Shown here: positions 1 through 10,556 of the stretch, piece after piece
Layout of the letters: each line of letters starts with the position of its first letter
Numbering within the stretch: position 1 is the first letter of the stretch
DNA from: Planctomycetia bacterium
GTDB taxonomy: Bacteria; Planctomycetota; Planctomycetia; Gemmatales; HRBIN36
Length of the DNA: 64,000 nt
NCBI GenBank assembly: GCA_016795155.1
Contig: JAEUIE010000005.1
Span: 130,294 to 194,293 of the forward strand
Reading direction: 5' to 3'
Translations under genes and position numbers: made by a program
Notes under the pieces: model-generated
What the model was told of the DNA's origin: nothing
The model's input: the letters and a program-made list of their open reading frames with translations, nothing else
Databases searched by the model: none

Positions 1-44
1 TTTCTGCTGCTGAACTTCCTTACCATTATGAGCGTGGTTTCTGT

Positions 45-1409
45 TTGTCACTCTGGCCGGGTCAACCAGATGATGACCTTCGCGCCCAAGTGCCCAGGAA
101 GTTCATCGGCAACCCCGAAGACTTGTTTTCCAGTCTTGTCAAAGAGTATCCGCAACTCCATGGGCAATTTCCGCAGGAAATCATGTCGAATGGCTGCACG
201 GGTGTGTATGTGGCAGCCGAACATGTACCCGAACTATTGAAGTGGGTGGAACGAAAAGTGGCTCGCTATCCCAAGCCGAGCAGAAGGCTCTTTCGCGGAC
301 TGGTATTGGTTCTCAAGGAAGCAGCGTCACGAAAACTGGCGTATTGGGAAGCAACTGATCTCTCTGTTCGGGCAAAGACTATCATGCCGCCAGGCGATCA
401 GAGAAAAACAGGGTTGGAAGAGTTTCGAATTCCCAAATACTTTGCCCATGACTTTAAGCACCGTCGGGGCAATCTGCTGGTGTTCAGCAGCATCGTTTAT
501 GAACATGGTGATCCGGCAACTTCATTTGTGAATTTCGAGAGTTGGCCGCCACGAATCGAGTTGTTGCATGAATATGCTGTGGAAGTCGATTCATCACGAC
601 AAGGGAAATGGCTGATGGTAGCTAAGGATGAGAATGCTGATTCATATCTTGGCAGAGAAGTGAGGCTGCGTGATCATCCGCTTTCCAACGACTATTCTGT
701 GTTGAGAATAGATGAGTTAAATCCAGAACTGCTGTGTGGGTGGGCTGGATTTATTGGCGAGTTGGTGGTTGCTCGCCGAGAAAGTGATAATAAACATAAG
801 CCAACTGGTTTTCCGCTCGTTCAATCCAGCAAAGTCTTGCGGTACAACGAAAGCGCTCGCATTTTGAATCCAGAGATTCACAAGTATTCTGTGGGAGTTG
901 TACGATTAAATGACGGTTCAGACATTCTCATTTGGGGTTTGAAGGGGTACCAATGGAGAGATGGTGCATTTGATCCTGTCTATTCTTTAGTTGATTATTG
1001 TCGTTCGGATTTCTCCTTCATTCCTTCAGGTCAATCAGGCTTCTTCATAGTTCAGAATGGACAGCTATGCGAGTTTCAGAGAAGCGAGAAGCGCAAGCAA
1101 CATATGAATCGATTTACGAACATCATGTTCCTCACACCTGGTCCCCAAAACAGCATCATTCTAAAAGAAGGTTACAACAAGCTGGGTGACCTTGGGAAAC
1201 TCTATTTCCCTGGCCGGGACTATTACCAACGCCTGGAGCCGGAACTGTTTGATGATGAAGACCCTGATGCTATTTATTCTTTGCATTGGATTGAATCATG
1301 TGACCGGTTTATCGCAGCTACACCAAAAAGATTCTGGGCGATACCTACTGCCAGGGTGCTTCATTTACCACGATATAGCGCCAGCACTGGTAGAAAGTTG
1401 CGTGATTAA
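45..1409 (+). CDS. hypothetical protein (no recognisable motif); the frame stays open to base 3, so the gene may start left of the window
   Basis: 454-codon ORF with no competing ORF. No in-frame stop between base 3 and the TTG at 45. I recognise no catalytic or family motif. Confidence 0.5.
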   Translation: MSLWPGQPDDDLRAQVPRKFIGNPEDLFSSLVKEYPQLHGQFPQEIMSNGCTGVYVAAEHVPELLKWVERKVARYPKPSRRLFRGLVLVLKEAASRKLAYWEATDLSVRAKTIMPPGDQRKTGLEEFRIPKYFAHDFKHRRGNLLVFSSIVYEHGDPATSFVNFESWPPRIELLHEYAVEVDSSRQGKWLMVAKDENADSYLGREVRLRDHPLSNDYSVLRIDELNPELLCGWAGFIGELVVARRESDNKHKPTGFPLVQSSKVLRYNESARILNPEIHKYSVGVVRLNDGSDILIWGLKGYQWRDGAFDPVYSLVDYCRSDFSFIPSGQSGFFIVQNGQLCEFQRSEKRKQHMNRFTNIMFLTPGPQNSIILKEGYNKLGDLGKLYFPGRDYYQRLEPELFDDEDPDAIYSLHWIESCDRFIAATPKRFWAIPTARVLHLPRYSASTGRKLRD

Positions 1410-1436
1410 GGTGTGTTTTAAACCAATACCCAAATT

Positions 1437-4400
1437 CTACTTTAATCCGCTCAAATACTCCACCAGATCCCGCAGTTCTCTTGCTGAGAGGTGCTTCATC
1501 GTATCCTCTGGCATGGCTGATTTGCCTGTCTTGCGTTCTTCGATGTCAGCTTTCTTCAGCACCACGGTTTTTGCTTCCGGTGTGATGATCGTGACGGTCT
1601 TGTCATCTTCTTTCTTCACCACCCCCTGATGTACCACGCCATCGGCCATCAGAATAATGCTCAACTCGAAACCTTTGGCGATGGTCTTGTTCGGGTCAAC
1701 GAGCGATTCCAGCAGATACTCGCGGTTTTTCTCTTTGCCGATGAGTGACAGTTCCGGGCCGACTTCGCCGCCGTCTTTGCCAACTTTGTGACAACGCAGG
1801 CAGGCAGCAGCGGTTTTTTCAAAGAAAACCTTGCGGCCTTCATCTGCACTTCCGCCGGTGAGAGCGGGGCGATGTTCCGCATAGGGCCCTTGCTGGCCCA
1901 GACGATCAATCCCCTGTTTCCACAGGCTTTTCCATTGGGCATGATGGCGTTGTTGTACCGCTTCTGAAAGTTCAAGGTGTGTTTCAGGGACACTTTTGCC
2001 TTCGGCAAACGCACGCAGCCAGTGCTCGAGTATTGCATCAGCAGCCTGGGTTTTTAGTTTAACCAGTTGCGTGATGGCTTCCTGTTTTTCACGCACGCCG
2101 CCCTGGTCGTACATGCGTTCGAGAATGCCAACAGCCTGATCTGGATGCAGATTGACCATAGTGGTTCGAGCAGCCTGGCGCAGATTTGGTTCGTTGCTGG
2201 TTATCCAGCTCTCTGCCACTTTTTCGACGCCTGCAGTTCCGAGCGACACTGCGCACTGTAATGCAGCGAGCCGCAGTTCAGTGTTGTTAGCATTGTTCTG
2301 GGCTAGGGAAAGAACCTCATTTCCCAGCGTTTTCAATCGCAGCTTTTCAACGGTTCGAACAGCTTCGGTCAACACGGCTGGCTTTACTTTGAGCCAGTTT
2401 GGAAATGCTGCAGCAACTGCCTGTTGTGCTGGCTGTTCGCTGCGTGGGGCTATCGGCCTCCACAGGCCGACTACCCAGTCACGGCCGCTCGGCTTGGCCC
2501 AGTTCGCCAGCATTTTCAATGCTTCCTGACGCAAGGTGGTATTGCGGGTTTCATCTCTGATGAACCCGGCCAGCTTGTTGGCAGCGGCCTCATCGCCCTT
2601 CAGATACTGGGCATGCAGCAGACGCAACTGCACAGGAATCTTGTATTCAGAGCGAATCGGCAGACTGGCAAGTGAGTTCTTTCCCGCTGCAAGGCCGGGC
2701 TCATCGTGCAGTGCCCGAATTGCTTCTGCCTGTACGGCCAAATCACTATCGCTCAAGAAGCGCACGAGTTGCTTTTCCTCGAGCAATTTGCGAGCAGCCA
2801 CCACACCTGCCAGGCGAACAGGTGACGATTCGGTTGTAAGGTTGTTCCAGAGAGCGGGGTATTTCTTGACAAGTGATGTCAGTGCCATCGTGGCTGCATG
2901 CCGAAGCCAGGGGTCCTTTTCTGCCTTGCCGAGCAGTTCACAGATCGATGGGTAAACGGTTTCGACGGGATGAGTAGCCAGGCATTGTGCCGTTTGAGCT
3001 TTCACCTGATCGTTAGTGTGTCGCAGGAGCTTTACATATTCGTCCACATCAAGTGAAAAAGGAGGTTTGGCTTCAGTAAGCACTTTCAGAACTGCCAGCG
3101 TGATGCGCGGGTTATCACCGAACAACCATTCTTTGAGTGCGGTAGATGCCGATAAGGATGATGTTTGCCTGAGCAGTTGTCCGAGTGTCCAGATGGCAAA
3201 TACTTTCCCGGTTTCATTGTTTGCCTTCTGGATGAGAGACACCGTGGCGTCAATCGCCTGCAGTTTCTCCTGGCGCAGTATCAATGCTGATTGTGCTTCC
3301 ATCCGCACCCTGCGGTCGAAATGCGTTAACAAAGGCACCAGTTCTGCAACGTTTTTTTTGCTCCAATCGCTGGCCAGCAATTCCTTGATGGTCTTTGCTT
3401 GGGCGCTGTTGACATAGTTCGGATTGACAATGCGATGGATGCGGCCTTTGCCGGTCTTGCCCCAGCCTTCGACCCAATCGAGGATGTACAGCCCGCCATC
3501 GGGGCCGAAGTCCACATCGGTGGCCAATACACCCCAGGCAAACAACTCGCTATCGATAACAGAGAATCCAGCGCCTTTTGGTTTCACTGCAAAGCTGCGA
3601 ATGCCACTGGAAGTTGGCGAGCCACGGAAATCGCACATAAAGAAATGGTTCTGATACTTATCCGGCAACCCGGTGCCGGGGTAATAAACCAGCCCGGATG
3701 GCCCATCGCCCAGGTTGATGAGTGGTGGCACGATGAAAGCTGGCTGATCGTTCCGTGCCGGGTGCCACATGAATTCCGAATTCCACGGCCCGCGTGAATA
3801 GGGTTGTTCCAGATACTGCCAGCCGATATGCCAGCCACAATCTGCTCCGTAGGGGAGGTAGACAAACCGGGCTCTGTCGCCTGAATCGGAATTGTTATCG
3901 CCGGTGAAAAGGTTGCCATCGTCATCGAATGCAAGTTCCTGCGGATTGCGTAGTCCCTTTGCGAAGAGTTCCAGATCGCTGCCATCGGCATTGCATCGGA
4001 AGACTGCTCCGGTATGAGGCACTTCGATCTTGTTGCCTTCTTTGGTGACGATGTTCGCTCCGCGGTCGCCAATGCTGAAGTAAATCTTGCCATCGACCGG
4101 GCTGACTGCCAAGCCGTGCAGATCGTGACCGATGAAAGAAGTATGTACACCGTAGCCAGTTGATAAGCTCTTCTGCACATCGGCATGGTGTTTGTTCTTG
4201 GTATCCCGCAGCAGCCATAGATCGGGAATGCAGGTGAAGTAGATGTTGCTCTGATGTGCCAAAACGCCGGAACCGAGTCCATCGACAGCTTTGCGATAAT
4301 TGTCTGAGAAGACATATGCCTGATCTGGCTTGCCTGTGCCCTTGCTGTCGATCAGCTTGCGAACCTGGTCGCGCTCTTTTTCATAGGTGGAATACGTGTC

Positions 4401-4769
4401 CTTGAGGTGTTTGCGATACTTCGCATCACGTTCTGCGACGGTGGTCAGCGCCAGTTCATCATCGAGCCAGTACATGTGGCTGCGGTTATCGGTGACGCCT
4501 GCATGAATGCGATAGGTTTCAGCGACGTAGATGTTCCCCTTGGAATCAAAGCAGAAAGCGACAGGGTTGGCGAGCAGTGGTTCAGCAGCGTAGAGTTCAG
4601 CCTTCAGCCCGCTCGGCAGCTTAATGCGGGATGTTGACAGCTTCGCATCGCGGCTTGGTTCTCCTGCAGTGACAACCATCTTCTTGTCTTCGGGTGGTTC
4701 TGCAGCTTGGGCCTGTATCAACACCATCGCAGAAAGAACTGTCATGTAGAGCAGTTGCTGTTTCATCAT
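1437..4769 (-). CDS. PVC-type exported dehydrogenase-like beta-propeller / HEAT-repeat / c-type haem-binding protein
   Basis: Signal peptide MMKQQLLYMTVLSAMVLIQAQAAEP, so the start is placed at 4769 rather than the ORF maximum of 4844. The N-terminal half looks like a soluble glucose/sorbosone-dehydrogenase propeller (DGKIYFSIGDRG, GLRNPQELAFDDDGNLF). The middle is a long HEAT-like helical region. The C-terminal region carries CLRCHKVG (CxxCH). This architecture is common in Planctomycetes and Verrucomicrobia. Confidence 0.8.
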   Translation of the reverse strand: MMKQQLLYMTVLSAMVLIQAQAAEPPEDKKMVVTAGEPSRDAKLSTSRIKLPSGLKAELYAAEPLLANPVAFCFDSKGNIYVAETYRIHAGVTDNRSHMYWLDDELALTTVAERDAKYRKHLKDTYSTYEKERDQVRKLIDSKGTGKPDQAYVFSDNYRKAVDGLGSGVLAHQSNIYFTCIPDLWLLRDTKNKHHADVQKSLSTGYGVHTSFIGHDLHGLAVSPVDGKIYFSIGDRGANIVTKEGNKIEVPHTGAVFRCNADGSDLELFAKGLRNPQELAFDDDGNLFTGDNNSDSGDRARFVYLPYGADCGWHIGWQYLEQPYSRGPWNSEFMWHPARNDQPAFIVPPLINLGDGPSGLVYYPGTGLPDKYQNHFFMCDFRGSPTSSGIRSFAVKPKGAGFSVIDSELFAWGVLATDVDFGPDGGLYILDWVEGWGKTGKGRIHRIVNPNYVNSAQAKTIKELLASDWSKKNVAELVPLLTHFDRRVRMEAQSALILRQEKLQAIDATVSLIQKANNETGKVFAIWTLGQLLRQTSSLSASTALKEWLFGDNPRITLAVLKVLTEAKPPFSLDVDEYVKLLRHTNDQVKAQTAQCLATHPVETVYPSICELLGKAEKDPWLRHAATMALTSLVKKYPALWNNLTTESSPVRLAGVVAARKLLEEKQLVRFLSDSDLAVQAEAIRALHDEPGLAAGKNSLASLPIRSEYKIPVQLRLLHAQYLKGDEAAANKLAGFIRDETRNTTLRQEALKMLANWAKPSGRDWVVGLWRPIAPRSEQPAQQAVAAAFPNWLKVKPAVLTEAVRTVEKLRLKTLGNEVLSLAQNNANNTELRLAALQCAVSLGTAGVEKVAESWITSNEPNLRQAARTTMVNLHPDQAVGILERMYDQGGVREKQEAITQLVKLKTQAADAILEHWLRAFAEGKSVPETHLELSEAVQQRHHAQWKSLWKQGIDRLGQQGPYAEHRPALTGGSADEGRKVFFEKTAAACLRCHKVGKDGGEVGPELSLIGKEKNREYLLESLVDPNKTIAKGFELSIILMADGVVHQGVVKKEDDKTVTIITPEAKTVVLKKADIEERKTGKSAMPEDTMKHLSARELRDLVEYLSGLK

Positions 4770-4892
4770 CACTCCGGGCGTGAACCCATTCAAACTCGAT
4801 ACTTCAAGGTAGAGGAGTATCCTACAAGCGGTATGTGAAGTCAAACAGAAGTACTGATTTACCCTGACCGTTATTTGAGGTAGGATTGCAGT

Positions 4893-7067
4893 ATGCTCCC
4901 ACCACCTCCCCGACTGGATACTCTTGTTGAATCAGATCATGCCACCAATCCCACGATGGTGAAGGTGCGTGAGATTGAAACGGTGCCCAGTAATGGAATG
5001 CCCGACATTCCTGGTTACGAAGTGATTTCGGAACTGGGCAAGGGCGGCATGGGCCGGGTATACCAGGCCCGCCATCTGGGGCTTAACCGGATGGATGCCA
5101 TCAAGATGGTGATTGGTAATTCCAATCCGCGGACGTTGACACGGTTTGCTGACGAAGCACGTGCCATTGCCAAGCTGAAGCATGCCAACATTGCCCAGGT
5201 GTACGACACGGGTGAAGTGAAGGGTCAGCCTTACTACGCCATGGAATTGGTGGAAGCAGGCACCCTGACGCAAAAACTTGATGGCGAGCCGATTGATGCG
5301 AAACAGGCAGCCCGGCTGGTGATGACCTTGGCTCGAGCGGTGGATTATTTCAACCAGCAGGGAATCATTCATCGAGATTTGAAACCCAGTAATATCCTGA
5401 TGACTAAACAGGGCGAGCCCAAGATTGCAGACTTCGGCCTGGTCAAGAACCTCGAAGGCGACTCGCAGCAGACACAGACGGGCGATGTCGTAGGTTCGCC
5501 GAGTTACATGTCGCCTGAACAGGCTTCGGGCATGGTGAAGAGCATTGGCCCATCGACCGACATCTATTCATTGGGAGCTATTCTGTACCAGTGTTTAACG
5601 GGCCGTCCACCGTTTCAAACTTCCGATCCGATGCAGACTCTGATGGCGGTTATCTCCAACGATCCCGTCCCGGTACGTCAACTCATACCCGGTACACCAC
5701 GAGATATCAACACCATCTGCATGAAGTGCCTGGAGAAACAGCCTGGCAAACGATATGCGACCGCAGGTGCTTTAGCTGGTGACCTGCAGCGGTTTCTGAA
5801 TGGTGAAACCATCCTGGCGCGACCGGCCGGAGTTATCGAGAAGAGTTGGAAGTGGTGCCGCCGCCGACCTGCCTGGGCTACCGTCATTGCGCTGGGATTG
5901 TTAACGCTAATTGGCAGTGCGTTGGGTTATTTACAGCTTCGGTATGCCTACCAGCAATTAGACGAGGCCAAGCGTGAATCGGATCTGCAATCAGCGGCTA
6001 CACGGGCGGTGCTGGATCGCATGATTGTTCACTATTCGGAAGATCTGGCTGGCATTCCGCAAACGGAAAAAATTCGACAGCAGGGGCTGGAAGATGCCCG
6101 CAACATGTATGAAAGGCTGCTGCGCAACAAGCCCAACGATGAGATAGCCCGTGCCCAGTATGTAGAATCCTGCATGCAACTGGCTTCGATTGAACGATCA
6201 CTGGGTGCCTACACTCGAGCCGAAGAGGCATATCAGAAGGCCATGGTGGTGCTTGATCAACTGATTCGTGAATCGTCGAGCCAAGACCATCTGGGGCGCT
6301 ATCTCGATGTGTTACAGTCTCGTGCCAGCCTATGCCACGATCAGGGGCAACAAGAGGCTGGTAACCAGCAGTTGCAACTGGCAGAACCATTTTTCAAGCG
6401 GCTGGAAGGCGAGGCACTAACCGCCAATCTGGCCAAGAGCCTTGGCAGTTATTATGGAACACTCGGACAGAATCACCGCATGGCACAGCGTTTCAGCGAT
6501 GCGGAATCAGCTTATCGCAAGGCGATTGAATATCAGCAGAAGGCTGTACAGTTGGCTGATGAGACTGATACGAAAAGCCGGTCTGGTTTAGCAGTAGCCC
6601 ACAACAGCCTGGGGACGATTCTGTTGATACAGAGCAAATTCCAGCCAGCCGCTGAGGAATTCCAGAAGGCATTGAATCTGCTGCCTCGCGATTCGCAACC
6701 CAACAAAATCTACTTGCGGGCCATGATCAATTCCAACCAGGCGATTGTGTATGATTCACTCAAAAACTTCAGCGAAGCAGATAAGGCGTATGCGAACGCA
6801 TCTGCTGTGTTCCAGCAACTGATGAATGACTATCCTATGATGCCTGAATACCGGTTTCGCTGGTGCAAGAGCAGAGTCAATCTGATTCGCAGTATGCTGC
6901 CTCGAGAATATGTCAAGGCACCGGGCATCATTGCCGAGGTTGAACCAGTTCTGAAAAAGCTGGTGGAGGATTATCCCCAGCAGAAGGTGTATCGAGATGA
7001 AGTCAAGATACTGGACAACTGTAAGGAAATTTTCAAATACTTGCAGAAGGAAGCTGCGGAGAAATAA
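4893..7067 (+). CDS. Ser/Thr protein kinase with a transmembrane segment and C-terminal TPR-like repeats
   Basis: GKGGMGRVY glycine loop, AIK lysine, HRDLKPSNIL catalytic loop, DFG, SPEQ. A TM helix (AWATVIALGLLTLIGSALGYL) is followed by a TPR-like helical repeat region. Confidence 0.9.
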   Translation: MLPPPPRLDTLVESDHATNPTMVKVREIETVPSNGMPDIPGYEVISELGKGGMGRVYQARHLGLNRMDAIKMVIGNSNPRTLTRFADEARAIAKLKHANIAQVYDTGEVKGQPYYAMELVEAGTLTQKLDGEPIDAKQAARLVMTLARAVDYFNQQGIIHRDLKPSNILMTKQGEPKIADFGLVKNLEGDSQQTQTGDVVGSPSYMSPEQASGMVKSIGPSTDIYSLGAILYQCLTGRPPFQTSDPMQTLMAVISNDPVPVRQLIPGTPRDINTICMKCLEKQPGKRYATAGALAGDLQRFLNGETILARPAGVIEKSWKWCRRRPAWATVIALGLLTLIGSALGYLQLRYAYQQLDEAKRESDLQSAATRAVLDRMIVHYSEDLAGIPQTEKIRQQGLEDARNMYERLLRNKPNDEIARAQYVESCMQLASIERSLGAYTRAEEAYQKAMVVLDQLIRESSSQDHLGRYLDVLQSRASLCHDQGQQEAGNQQLQLAEPFFKRLEGEALTANLAKSLGSYYGTLGQNHRMAQRFSDAESAYRKAIEYQQKAVQLADETDTKSRSGLAVAHNSLGTILLIQSKFQPAAEEFQKALNLLPRDSQPNKIYLRAMINSNQAIVYDSLKNFSEADKAYANASAVFQQLMNDYPMMPEYRFRWCKSRVNLIRSMLPREYVKAPGIIAEVEPVLKKLVEDYPQQKVYRDEVKILDNCKEIFKYLQKEAAEK

Positions 7068-7069
7068 AC

Positions 7070-7789
7070 TTGAGTGAAACTCGCATTGAAGCCATTCATA
7101 CCCAGTGGAGCCTGGTGCGGCGGGCTCATGTGCAGGGCAAGCCGGAAGAAGCCGATGCGGCTCGCCAGTTGCTCGTCATGCGCTATGCAACGGCAGTGCG
7201 TAAATATCTGGGAGGCATCCTTCGAGATACTGAGCAGGCGGATGAGTTGGCTCAGGATGTAGTCGTTCGGATGCTACGAGGCGACTTTGCCGGGGCTGAT
7301 CCTGATCGGGGCAGGTTTCGCGACCTGCTTAAGACTGCGACACGGAACCTGGCCCGCAAACATTGGGAAAAGGCTAATGTCAGGCGAACGGTCGATGCCG
7401 AACTGAACTTTGTTCCGGCGGAATCATCTGAGGATGCCGATTGGCAACGGGCCTGGCAGATGGCGCTACTGGAACATGTCTGGGGCAGGCTGCAGGAAGA
7501 CGAGCAGAGTGAAAAGGGTGTGCCTGCCTACACAGTACTGCATCTGCGAACACAATTCCCGGATGAGAGTTCGGAACAACTCGCCCAGCGGCTGGGGGAC
7601 AAACTGCAGACCAGCATCAAGCCCGATGCCTGGAGGCAGATGCTCCGCCGATCAAGGGTCAAGTTTGCCGAGCTACTGGTGGATGAAGTGCGCATGGGAT
7701 TGAATGATCCATCCGCCCAGGCAGTGGAAGAGGAACTGGCAGCGATGGGGCTCCTGGAATATGTCGCCGGGGTGGTGGAGATTGAGTAG
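7070..7789 (+). CDS. ECF-like sigma-70 family protein (kinase-associated type)
   Basis: TTG start 2 nt after the kinase stop. Region-2-like segment ADELAQDVVVRMLRG...FRDLLKTATRNLARKHW. Region-4-like HTH SSEQLAQRLG...WRQMLRRSRVKFAELL. The spacer between the two regions is unusually long. Confidence 0.65.
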   Translation: MSETRIEAIHTQWSLVRRAHVQGKPEEADAARQLLVMRYATAVRKYLGGILRDTEQADELAQDVVVRMLRGDFAGADPDRGRFRDLLKTATRNLARKHWEKANVRRTVDAELNFVPAESSEDADWQRAWQMALLEHVWGRLQEDEQSEKGVPAYTVLHLRTQFPDESSEQLAQRLGDKLQTSIKPDAWRQMLRRSRVKFAELLVDEVRMGLNDPSAQAVEEELAAMGLLEYVAGVVEIE

Positions 7790-7921
7790 ATTATTAGGTG
7801 GGGGTATCAATGGTCGGGCTCTTTCACACCTCGGCTGAGTACAACTGAAGTGTGTTACAAACACCGCTTTGTTTCAGCAAAGATAGCCCGGTAACCAATT
7901 CATACATTGTGAAGCAATCGC

Positions 7922-8161
7922 TTAGTTAAAACAAAAATGATGATGAATTACAACGACAAGAAACATCCATGCCCACATCCAGGCAGGAAACCAAAGTACG
8001 TTATGAAAGGGAACCGGAAACGGAATGATATTGATCACCGCTGCAACTGCATAAAGAACTTTCTTCTTTCTGTTTCTGCTGCGAAAACTTGCAATAACGA
8101 GTAGTACTTCCAGGACGAATGCACCTATCCACGCCATCCAAATTAAACCATTGTTAGACAT
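7922..8161 (-). CDS. small hydrophobic membrane protein, hypothetical
   Basis: 79-codon ORF with two or three hydrophobic helices and a basic loop (RSRNRKKK). No homolog recognised. Confidence 0.35.
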   Translation of the reverse strand: MSNNGLIWMAWIGAFVLEVLLVIASFRSRNRKKKVLYAVAAVINIIPFPVPFHNVLWFPAWMWAWMFLVVVIHHHFCFN

Positions 8162-8267
8162 CAGTTGTTTCTTGTGGCTTGGGGTATCTCAGGGTTTCTA
8201 TGGCCTGTATTCTAATCTCTACTTTAGGCTCTGGTACAGCAAAAAAAGATAATGGTATTTTCGGGAG

Positions 8268-9692
8268 TTGATTGCGATGAGTACCCAGGAACAGGATATC
8301 GCGATGCCAGCTACTTCCGAGGTGATGCCGCCTATGGAAGAATCCGAGTCGGCTGGGCCTGTAACTGGCGGTGAAAGGTACCGGAGCATCGATGCACTGC
8401 GGGGTGTCGCGGTGCTGGGCATTCTGCTGATGAACATCCCGGTGTTTGGGTTGCCTGAAGCATACCAGATGAATCCATCGATTCCTGAGCAGGCTAGCGT
8501 GATCAATGTGCCTTACTGGTTTGTTGGGCTGGTGTTGTTGGAAGGGAAGATGCGTGGGCTGTTCTCGATGCTGTTCGGTGCAGGATGTGTGCTGATTACT
8601 TCGAGGGCGGATCAACGCCGATCGGGTATGGAAAGTGGCGACATCTATTATCGACGCACGGTCCTGCTGATGCTGATCGGCTTACTGCATGGTTATCTCC
8701 TGTGGGAAGGTGATATTCTCTTCTGGTATGGTGCTATGGGGCTTCTGCTGTATCCGTTTCGACGGGTATCGGGAATTGTTCTGGTGATGATCGGATTGAT
8801 GCTGGCGTCCATCTTCATTGCACAAGGATACTACCGTCAACATGTCCTGCATACGATGCAAGTGGAAGCGGAACAGGCGGAAGAAGCGGCCCAGCGTGGC
8901 GAAACCTTGACTGAAGAACAGACAGCGGCCCGGCAAGCGTGGCAGGCTCGTCAGAAACGACTCAAGCCACCAACAGAGAAGGAGATCGAGAAGCAGATCA
9001 AACCATACCAGGGAGACTGGTGGAGCATTTTCAAGTTCCGTGCCAGGCGGGTTTTATCCATCCAGTCGATTGTCCTGTACGAAACAGGCCTGCCTGATGT
9101 ACTGGCGTTTATGATACTGGGCATGGGCTTTTACAAGTTGGGATTCTTCACTGCAACGCGGACCACGCGGTTCTATGCGACACTGGCCGTGCTCGGGTTT
9201 GGCATAGGTATTCCTCTCTCTGCTTACATGGGCAAACTTATGATAGACAGTAATTACATACGGTCTGAAAACATCATTCTGAATCACATGACTTACGGGA
9301 TTGATCGACTGAGCGTGGCGCTGGGGTACACCGGGCTGCTGATGGTGATGATCCGAAGCGGCTGGCTTACGTGGCTGACTAACCGTCTGGCAGCAGTGGG
9401 ACAGATGGCTCTCACGAATTACCTGATGCAATCGGCCATTTGCACGACGATTTTCTATGGGTATGGTTTCGGACTGTTTGGCAAGCTATACCTGTATCAG
9501 TTGGGGTTCGTAGTACTTGGCGTGTGGATTCTTCAGTTGCTGTTGAGCCCGTTGTGGTTACGATTTTTCCGGTTCGGACCGGTAGAGTGGCTATGGCGGT
9601 CGCTGACCTACTTGAAGTGGCAGCCGATGTTGCGGGAGAAGGCGACAGTGTTGAAAGATGAATACAGCCGAAGTGTGGTTCAAGAATCTTGA
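8268..9692 (+). CDS. DUF418/YeiB-like polytopic membrane protein
   Basis: N-terminal ERYRSIDALRGVAVLGILLMNI motif, multiple TM helices, and C-terminal FRFGPVEWLWRSLTY motif, all typical of the YeiB/DUF418 family. The start could instead be the ATG at 8277. Confidence 0.7.
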   Translation: MIAMSTQEQDIAMPATSEVMPPMEESESAGPVTGGERYRSIDALRGVAVLGILLMNIPVFGLPEAYQMNPSIPEQASVINVPYWFVGLVLLEGKMRGLFSMLFGAGCVLITSRADQRRSGMESGDIYYRRTVLLMLIGLLHGYLLWEGDILFWYGAMGLLLYPFRRVSGIVLVMIGLMLASIFIAQGYYRQHVLHTMQVEAEQAEEAAQRGETLTEEQTAARQAWQARQKRLKPPTEKEIEKQIKPYQGDWWSIFKFRARRVLSIQSIVLYETGLPDVLAFMILGMGFYKLGFFTATRTTRFYATLAVLGFGIGIPLSAYMGKLMIDSNYIRSENIILNHMTYGIDRLSVALGYTGLLMVMIRSGWLTWLTNRLAAVGQMALTNYLMQSAICTTIFYGYGFGLFGKLYLYQLGFVVLGVWILQLLLSPLWLRFFRFGPVEWLWRSLTYLKWQPMLREKATVLKDEYSRSVVQES

Positions 9693-9694
9693 AT

Positions 9695-10501
9695 TCACCA
9701 CGAATAAGTCAACGTCACGAATCCTTCAATTCCCCCTTGCCTGGCTCCATTTCCTGGCGAAGGAGGCGCGCTTCCCACCTGGATACTCACGCTGAGGCCT
9801 TGTTTTGGTCGCGTACCAATGCCCTGGACTGCTCCGATGGCGTTGGCAACGGTACCAGCGTAAGAAGTGAAACGATCCGCAACACTGCGAACATCCTTGA
9901 TATCGGTGAGGCCGAACGATTGTTCGATGATGCCGGCGACCATATCTCCCGCTGCGCCAAATACTGCACCAACCTTAGTGCTGTCAAGGACGGGTGTATC
10001 TTTGGGATAACTGAGTGAGATCGACCAACCAGACCTGGATAAGGAATTGCGCAGGGTAAAGTTGCCTCCGGTCATGACAGTCGACAGTGTGCCTGTCCAA
10101 CTCAGATTGAGCGAAGTAGACGGCGATCTTCCGCTCGAATTCGCAGTCAGGCCTTTGACGCTGATGGTAACCTTGCCGGTAGGGTTGTCGACGATGGGGA
10201 CGCCATCCATGACGAGGCCTTTGACACGTGCAAAGGACTTTGTCACAGCGTCGATGATTTCCCTGGCCCGGCTGTCCGGGGAAAGCATGGGCGAATCGGC
10301 TGCCAGGTAAACCTTGTGGCTCAGGAAAAAGCCCAGCACCACGCTGCGGAGGTCGCTGTCTGAGAGTTGCCTGGCCAGCGGAATCCATTGTCTCACTTCC
10401 AGCATCGCCTTGTCGACGGTCATGTGCTGCAGGAGTTGCTGAGCGAGAAGACGATCCAGATATCGTGTCACTTGTAGGTTGATCTCTTGTGGTGCAGCCA
10501 T
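9695..10501 (-). CDS. hypothetical protein
   Basis: ATG at 10501 is preceded by AGGAGG (AGGAGGAATTATCGATG), so it is preferred over the ORF maximum at 10585. The sequence is Ser/Thr/Gly-rich and beta-like. No motif recognised. Confidence 0.5.
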   Translation of the reverse strand: MAAPQEINLQVTRYLDRLLAQQLLQHMTVDKAMLEVRQWIPLARQLSDSDLRSVVLGFFLSHKVYLAADSPMLSPDSRAREIIDAVTKSFARVKGLVMDGVPIVDNPTGKVTISVKGLTANSSGRSPSTSLNLSWTGTLSTVMTGGNFTLRNSLSRSGWSISLSYPKDTPVLDSTKVGAVFGAAGDMVAGIIEQSFGLTDIKDVRSVADRFTSYAGTVANAIGAVQGIGTRPKQGLSVSIQVGSAPPSPGNGARQGGIEGFVTLTYSW

Positions 10502-10556
10502 CGATAATTCCTCCTGCAATCTTGTCCTGAGTGAAAGCACACATGCTTGTATTGAT

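Noticed and set aside
28-240. 70-aa ORF, and other short ORFs (998-1189, 1186-1629), overlapping the first large ORF.
   Set aside because: They lie in alternative frames of a much longer ORF or of the neighbouring haem-protein gene, and have no supporting signals.
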